Positions 56,204-64,000 of a stretch of DNA of 64,000 nt are shown here, piece after piece (the first letter of the stretch is position 1; each line of letters starts with the position of its first letter). The stretch spans positions 36,270,001 to 36,334,000 of the forward strand of contig NC_043003.1 of NCBI RefSeq assembly GCF_006345805.1, in the 5' to 3' direction. The notes below the pieces were generated by a model, which did not search any database, was not told the origin of the DNA, and saw only the letters and a program-made list of their open reading frames with translations. The translations under genes and the position numbers were made by a program. Source of the stretch: Octopus sinensis (taxonomy: Eukaryota).

Positions 56204-56806
56204 GTGAACCCAGGTGCAAGTTCTCCAACCGGCAGCAAGGGCCATGGAGACGGAGAACCCGGTGAAGAGGTAGAGGGAGGAAGAAGAACTAAAAGAAGGA
56301 CTGGAAGAGCTAAAGGAAAAGGAAAAGAAAAAGCTCAAGCAGGACCAAAGGGTGAAAAAACCAGGAATGGAAGTGGAACCGCAAAAGATGGAACCAAGCA
56401 GCACACACGGGTGTGTATGTTCTACCTGAGAGGTTCCTGCTGGCATGGAAAGGAAGGTGCAGGCTGCCGCTTTGCACATCGGGGACCCTGCCACAGAGAC
56501 ACGAGGCAGATGGACAAACCATCAACACAAAGAAAAGGGATGGACCACGCACCACCTGCCCCAAAGCGGAGGTACGCAGATGTTGTGCGCGCCACAAACC
56601 GCGAACACGATGTTGTCGAAAGGGCAGCTGCTGAGCAACAATCTTTTTTGTGCATGGCACAAAAGATTGTACAGCAGCTGACCTGGCTTCATCAAACCCA
56701 AGCCCGCAGGTGGGACTACCCACTATATACCAGACCACCACAGCAAACGGACACAGGATGGACACCGCCGGCAACAACGTACACCTCACCTCGATGCTCC
56801 TACTGA
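56204..56806 (+). CDS. LINE ORF1 (5'-truncated) with a CCCH zinc finger
   Basis: [22 protein letters not shown] has C-x7-C-x8-C-x3-H spacing. It follows a basic low-complexity region, and the stop overlaps the ORF2 ATG at 56794. The first codon is not a real ATG. Confidence 0.65.
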   Translation: MNPGASSPTGSKGHGDGEPGEEVEGGRRTKRRTGRAKGKGKEKAQAGPKGEKTRNGSGTAKDGTKQHTRVCMFYLRGSCWHGKEGAGCRFAHRGPCHRDTRQMDKPSTQRKGMDHAPPAPKRRYADVVRATNREHDVVERAAAEQQSFLCMAQKIVQQLTWLHQTQARRWDYPLYTRPPQQTDTGWTPPATTYTSPRCSY

Positions 56807-59752
56807 ACATCAGAGGACTGCAAACACTCAGTAACAGGACAAAGATCCGTTCCTGAGAGACTTTGTTGCATGCAATCAAGCCTTATGCATAGCACTTACG
56901 GAAACGCACCTGAAACCGGACATAGCAGATGCGGAGTTACACATACCACAGTATGCTGTACTACGGACCGACAGGAAAGAAAGGAGTCATGGAGGTGTTG
57001 CTATGTACATCCGTGAGGACCTCACACCCCAGGTCCTCTTGTCATACTCAAACTCGGTGTGTGACACACTAATTGTACATATTAGGCAACTTGATGTAGT
57101 TGTGTGTGCTACATATCGCCCTCCAGATGCCCCAAGCCATGTGGGCAAGTTTGAAGACTGCCTTATAAAAATAGAAGAAGTTCTAACCACATTAGAACAA
57201 CACATAGGTGTGCTTCTTATGGGAGACTTCAATCTGCCCAATGTCAGATGGCCCGAGGGCCTTTCTCTCCCAGGAATGACAAAATGTGAACGAGGACAGG
57301 CGAGGTCCCTCCTGAACCTCATCAACACCCTGTACATGGAGCAGGTAATACTCCAACCAACCAGGGCAGGTAACACACTGGATCTCTGCTTCACAAATGA
57401 CATGGATCTCATCCATAATGTGAAAGTGACACCGACACTACTCTCGGATCACAACATGATAGAGCTGACCATGTACGGGCCAAAAGAGAGCACGGACATG
57501 CAGCCTACAAGAAACCCTCAAAATCTTTCCAGCTTGAACTACCATAAGGCAAACTGGAAACAAATTGAGAAAGAGATCCTCAAACAAAACTGGCCTAAAT
57601 GTCTCTCCTCGCCAGACATCGACGTGAAACTTCAACAATTCATGTCTGTAATGCAAGCCATATGCTACAAATGTGTCCCAGAGAGAAAGGCCACTGTACA
57701 CAAGAACAAAATCCCCAGAGAGAGGAAAATTTTAATGAGACGGCGTACGAAATTTTCAAATCGCCTAAACAAACAGATTGAAAGCAGTGAAAAGTCCCGC
57801 CTAAAAATAAAACTGTTGGAAATCGAAAAATGTCTGCAACTCTCCCATGAAAAATAAAGAGCAGACAAAGAAGCCTGGCTATAGAAAACATAAAATCTAA
57901 CCCCAAGAGCTTTCTACAGGTATGCCAAAGAAACAGCTACAGTGCACTGTAGAATAGGGCCACTCCTCGAAAAGGATGGCACACTTACAGGAAAACCAAT
58001 GAGGGTAAGTGAAATACTGAATGAGCAATTCAAGAGTGTTTTCACTCCACCCCTTGGGCATCTCCAAATCACCAATCCAACTGACTTTTTACCACTGCAG
58101 ATATAAAATCAGAGGCGGCGACGATAGATTACATCGATATAAAGGAAGACGATGTAACCAAGGCTATAGATGAAATGAAAACAGACTCAGCTACTGGCCC
58201 CGATGGATTCCCGGCAATCCTCCTAAAAGCATGTAAGAGAGTCCTAGCAAGACCACTGCAGTTCCTCTTTCAGAGCTTCCTTGCAGCTGGCAAACTTCCA
58301 GGAAAACTGAAGGAAGGTAAAATATGCCCCATTCATAAAGGAGGTAGCAGAGCGGAAGCCAAGAACTATAGACCTATCTCTCTGACCTCACACATCAGCA
58401 AGGTCATGGAACGAATAGTCAGAAGGAAGCTGATCACCTTCCTTGAAGAGAATGACTTGCTGCCCGACACCCAACATGGTTTCCGACCAGGGAGAAGCTG
58501 TTTAACTCAGCTCCTACAACACTATGACTGGGTGCTGAAACGGCTGCTCAACCACTCAAATGTGGAAGTGATATATCTCGACTTTGCAAAGGCCTTTGAT
58601 AAAGTCGATCATGGAATGATATGTCACAAACTGCGTGATCTCAACATAGTTGGAAAACTGGGAGAATGGCTTCATGACTTTCTGAAGGATAGAAGTCAGG
58701 TGGTAGTAGCCAATGGGGCCACTTCCATTAACACACAAATAGTGAGCGGTGTTCCGCAGGGCACTGTTCTGGGACCACTACTGCTCATAATGGCCCTCTC
58801 AGACATGCCCTCAGCCACGCAGAGAGCCATGATCACAAGTTATGCAGATGATACAAAAGTTTCACAGGCAATACAGAACCCTGAGGACACTAAACACCTG
58901 CAATGTGAGCTGGACGAAATATACAAGTGGGCTGAAAAGAATAGCATGCAGTTCAATGCTGAAAAGTTTCAAGCTTTATACTATCAGCATGCAAAACTGA
59001 ATGCAATACCCAATGAATACACTGGACCCGGAGGGATTGCAATCCCAGAGGCACAATCAGTGCGTGACCTGGGTATTCACATGAGTGATGACGCGACCTT
59101 TCATGTACATGTTGCTAAACTGACAATGAAATGTAGACGGCTGGCTGGATGGATTCTTAGAACCTTTAGAACAAGAGAACAAGAAACCATGATGGTCCTC
59201 TGGAAGACACTTGTCCTAAGCCACTTTGACTATTGCTCTCAGCTATGGTCACCATCTAGTGTCAAGTTGATCACAGAGCTCGAGGCGATCCAACGTAGCT
59301 ACACGAAGAAGATAGCCTCTATGCAGAATGTAAGCTACTGGGAAAGACTCAAGAGATTAAAACTATATTCTCTGGAGCGTAGGCGGGAAATATATGCCAT
59401 AATATACATCTGGAAGATCCTGGAGGGACGTGTCCTAAACTTTGGCATCGAGAGTTACGCAAATGCCAGAACTGGGCGCCACTGCGTGGTGCCTAGGACT
59501 CCAAACTTGCCATCAAGATGTAGGACAAGATTCTGTGATAGCCTGGGCTTCCGAGGCCCACAGCTCTTCAATATCCTCCCGAAGGACCTGAGAGACCTGC
59601 ATGGGGTGGATGCAGATGTCTTTAAAATGAAACTGGATCTCTTCCTGTCAGGTGTCCCAGATGAACCCACTTCACGGCAGGAGGTGCAGATGAGGGCAGC
59701 TGCATCGAACTCTCTCATGCACCAAATGGCAGTTGCTAAAAAGCTTTCGTGA
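56794..59752 (+). pseudogene. LINE ORF2: APE endonuclease plus reverse transcriptase
   Basis: [33 protein letters not shown] and SDH (APE motifs); YRPISLTS, QHGFRPGRSC, GVPQGTVLGP and YADD (RT motifs). Apparent lesions near 56846, 57855, 57878, 57907 and 58090. Open for 525 aa from 58175. Confidence 0.93.
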
Positions 59753-59844
59753 AGTAAAACCAAGTAGCAACACCAAATGGCGGTGCCCCAGCATGGCCAC
59801 AGCTCATAAGCTGAAACTAGAATCAATCAATCAATCAATCAATC

Positions 59845-59978
59845 ATATATATATTATATACATACAAAGAGTAAAAGAGTGAGAGAGTAAAAGAGTATAA
59901 TATATATATATAATATTATATATATACATATATATATAATATATATTATATATGTATATATGTATGTATGTATATATA

Positions 59979-60055
<77 letters not shown>

Positions 60056-60091
60056 ATATATATATATATTATATATTATATATATATATAT

Positions 60092-60122
<31 letters not shown>
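59845..60122. repeat. (TA)n compound microsatellite
   Basis: Visible directly in the sequence. Confidence 0.9.
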
Positions 60123-60125
<3 letters not shown>

Positions 60126-61271
60126 GGGAGAAAATGAGCGAGAAACAGAGAGAGAGTAAGATGTGAACGTATAATGAAACTGATTATGGATATCAGCAAT
60201 ATTGAGAAGGGAAAATACCTCAGATGGGCGTTCGATGTCCTAATCAGAAATACGGAAGAGTATCAGTGATTCCCAGATTTATAGATTTATTGGTGTTTAA
60301 GAAAGTTATTTTTCGCACGAAGCTGATGGCATGTGATGAACAAATCAGTACACCGCCGGTAGGCGTGGTAACAGCAGTTGTAGTTGCACATATTATTTCT
60401 TTGTGAACATTATCTGAAGCAGCATAATTTAGAGTGAACTGTTAGCCAAAATTTTCTTTGACATCATTCTAGATAGTAATTAATTTACATTCGCTAGTTC
60501 CATGCATCTCTTTATAAGCTATTGATTCCCAAAGAAAAGGTAAACGCAAAATATAATATGCCACACTATATTCTATCTTTAAATTTCGGTATTTTGATAT
60601 TAATTATCATAAATTAATATACAAATTTCTACATATCAATGCAAAGTCAGTTTCATTGATATTTAGGTGGAATCTTTAATGCATCACAACCCTTTATGCT
60701 GTCAGTTCATATCCTACGCGCCCTCGACTTTGCCTTCTGTTTTTTATTTGTTGTTTTTTATAGTCTTAAAGAAAATTAGTCAAATACAACAGTATAAGTC
60801 GTTGACTGTCTCCTTCGACTCATGTTTCTGCCTTTCTACATAATAAAGAAAATCTTACATCCGTAATGATAATATATTCTAAAATAGAAACAATATTTTG
60901 AATTTAGGTATTATGACTCTCCCTAGACACAACAAAATTTGCTTCAACACACGAATACCTATAAAGAACCTTGCAAACGAGGTACGAAAAACGGAAAAAT
61001 ATAACCACCTGCCTTGTATGTTAGGATAAAAGACACTCTTTATTCTATCAAGATAAGCATTCAGTGAGTGCGTAAAACACGTAAGAAAATACCTCAAGAT
61101 AGTCGTTCGATACTCTACCGCGTCTCAAATTTGACCGTCCCTTAGATCATTAAAAGGCATAGAAATTATAACCGTAAAATTCGAACAAAAACTTTACTTT
61201 GAAAGCCGCAATTGACAGATTCGATTCACATAGTTGAGTTCCAGCTAAACGACAGCTGTCTAGACTCCCCC

Positions 61272-61318
<47 letters not shown>

Positions 61319-62144
61319 ATCTATCTCTCTGTTCAGTCATCTGTCTCTCTCTCTCACTCTCTCTCTCTCTTTTCAGTCTATTTGTCGCTCTCTCTCTCTC
61401 ATCATTTCAATACTATTGCTGTCTCAATTTACTTAACTGTAAATAAGTTGCATAGTTACTTAGGGACAAGTATTAGCATTGTATATTTAAAAAGTTAGCT
61501 TGCAATAATGACACTTTATACGTAAATTATTCTTCTTCTTATTATTATTATTACATTTAGTTGGCAAAAGAGATGGATAGAGTAAGTGGGAGAATATATG
61601 TGGTAAACTTGAAATTAAATGCTAGAGTCGATTTGTTTCACTAAATTTGAGGTGCCCAAATTTTGGATATTACCTTAAAGGGTCCGACGACTAAAACAAG
61701 TAAAAGAGACAGGAAATATAAAGAAAAGTTTCTCTACGTGCGAATTCTTTCTCCTAGCAATAACCTCCACGTTAACCTGCAAGTCTGCTCTCTTATGAAA
61801 TGGATGAATACATTTATAACGCTTTTGTAGGTAAACTATGCGGGGTATAACAAATGGAACATATTCAATTAACAGAAATTAACAATAACTTATTCAACAA
61901 ATTATGACGCAGTATTTCCTCAAAAGAGCGAATTCAATATGAATATATTAAAGCTTACACTTGCAAAAGTGTGTCATCAAACAGGATAGGTGTAATATAG
62001 AATATGTTAAATCCGTTCATAGTAAAAGAAAGAGAAAGATGCGAGGGCAACTTCCGAAGACTTTTTTTACCGTCACCACGATCGGTAACGTATCAAATAT
62101 TAAAGTTTTAAACAATAAGGATGGATGAAGCTGTTAATATATCT

Positions 62145-62183
62145 TTGAATAAATGTGGTTATCGGGTCTTTAAAGAGACAAGG

Positions 62184-62271
<88 letters not shown>

Positions 62272-62384
62272 TATTATATATATATATATATATATATTTA
62301 ATGAAGTATATATGTATTTATATATATATATATATATTTATACATACACACACACACATATATATATATAAGCATATGTACATG

Positions 62385-62420
<36 letters not shown>

Positions 62421-62505
62421 CTTATATATACATATATATATAGAAGTATATATATATAGAGATATATGTACTTACATACATACATACATGCAGATATATA
62501 TATAT

Positions 62506-62564
<59 letters not shown>

Positions 62565-62600
62565 ACGTGTATGTATGCATGTATGTATGCAACACACTGT
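62145..62600. repeat. (TA)n compound microsatellite
   Basis: Visible directly in the sequence. Confidence 0.9.
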
Positions 62601-63321
62601 GTACTGAGGATAATAGCACCTGAAGTGATGGAAACTAGCTTCAAAAGGAGATTCATACAGCAACTCAATCTCGGCTTGCCATGATATTTACCCTTTGCAC
62701 CGCATCATTCAACATAACGAGTTTGATCCAATTCTGAGTTCTAGCATTAAAATAAACAATTCTTGTTTTCTAGGGAGGTCACGCAAAAAAAAAAAACATA
62801 TGGATTTGCCTTCCTCTCTACTTATGACATCTAACACATTTAATTCATCTTTGTCAACATTGTATGACATATTTCCATAAGTTTCTCTCCCTTCCTCGTA
62901 CTTCTCATTCCCCCCCCACCTTTTGCTCCTTTCTTTTCACATCAGCATCACATCAGCATCACCACCATCATCATCACCATCATAGTCATCATGATCATCA
63001 TTATCTTATTTACAATTATTATTCGGCAGTCGCAATAGAACCGACAAACAGTAAAATCTACTGGAGAAAAATTGCAATGAACCACTAACTTACATGGAGG
63101 GTTGGACGCCACATTGCTTCGCTAAAGCTCTATATTGACTGATCACACAAAATATCATAAAAGAAGCGAATGCGACACCTACACCAGTGATAAAAGGCTA
63201 CAACAGAAACGGCAACAATTTTAGGAGGCAAAATAGCAACAAAACAACAATACATGAAAATCTACAACAAACAATCACAGCACAAATATCTATGTAGACA
63301 CGGCATACATTGAAAATTACA

Positions 63322-63354
63322 AATGATGATGATGATGATGACGACGACGATTAC

Positions 63355-63392
<38 letters not shown>

Positions 63393-63414
63393 CAACAACA
63401 ACAAAAACAACAAC

Positions 63415-63480
<66 letters not shown>

Positions 63481-63498
63481 AATAATAATAACAATAAT
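63322..63498. repeat. (GAT)n/(AAT)n/(AAC)n microsatellite
   Basis: Visible directly in the sequence. Confidence 0.9.
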
Positions 63499-64000
63499 AT
63501 AGAATTAGTTATAAATGTTGTTATCCTGGTAGCCCGAACAACACAACCCCCAACCGAGGGGAATTACAAATATAACACGTACCAAACCCACACAGAAGAG
63601 AAAACAACAGGCAAACACAGGGATGACAAACACAAATATTTATCTCACACATTTGCCGTTTTGTTGGAGCTATCGTCAAAATAAACATTAGCTTCAACAA
63701 TAAAGTCCAAGTACATTATCACTCCCAGGCTTAACTGAAACTCCAGCTTGGAACTATTGCTATAATGAAACATTTAATAGCATTGCATTATATAATGATA
63801 CACCACTTTTTGAAATCAAGGGATATTCAGTATCATGATAGAAAATGCTCACAAAGGATAAAGATAAATATATAGAGGCAATAATATACATACATGAATA
63901 TATGGAATATATGGAGCTTTGTGTATCTTTATACAATGCACATACATAGATAGAAAGCTACATGAATTTACTTGAGTGTGCGAGTGTATGTTTGTTTACA

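Larger units (their letters stand above)
56200..59844 (+). mobile_element. Near-full-length CR1/L2-group LINE (partial ORF1, APE-RT ORF2, 3' tail, (AATC)n)
   Basis: See the two ORF entries. Tail GGCGGTGCCCCAGCATGGCCAC...CTGAAACT followed by (AATC)n. (TA)n on both flanks. Confidence 0.95.

Noticed and set aside
56310-57906. Antisense ORFs over the LINE (and likewise over the Penelope and Dong-like elements)
   Set aside because: They are shadows of coding frames on the opposite strand with no independent motifs.
59845-60122. Frequent TT/AA phase shifts inside (TA)n arrays as a possible code
   Set aside because: They are equally explained by slippage or consensus error, and show no regular period.

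Overview
This is AT-rich eukaryotic DNA full of microsatellites. The SINE families and composition suggest an octopus (coleoid cephalopod), which is my inference. I found no convincing host protein-coding gene, and nearly all ORFs in the supplied track are translations of (TA)n, (CA)n or (AAT)n arrays. The window is mostly mobile DNA. It holds many tRNA-derived SINEs of two families and two CR1/L2-group APE-RT LINE copies, one nearly full length with a CCCH zinc-finger ORF1. It also holds a Penelope-like element (RT plus GIY-YIG), three R4/Dong-like restriction-like-endonuclease LINE fragments (two inserted in (TAA)n), and five Tc1/mariner-superfamily remnants. Four things stand out. (1) A palindromic head-to-head element occurs at two loci; each complete arm is a tRNA-like Pol III head, an (AAT)n linker and a Penelope-type minimal hammerhead ribozyme. 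(2) A 5S rRNA-derived element carries a 3' tail matching the local LINE at 41/44 nt. (3) There are three perfect inverted repeats, including a 34-bp stem with a 2-nt loop. (4) Further hammerhead-like cores lie beside (TA)n arrays. All family assignments come from motifs read by eye; no database search was run.
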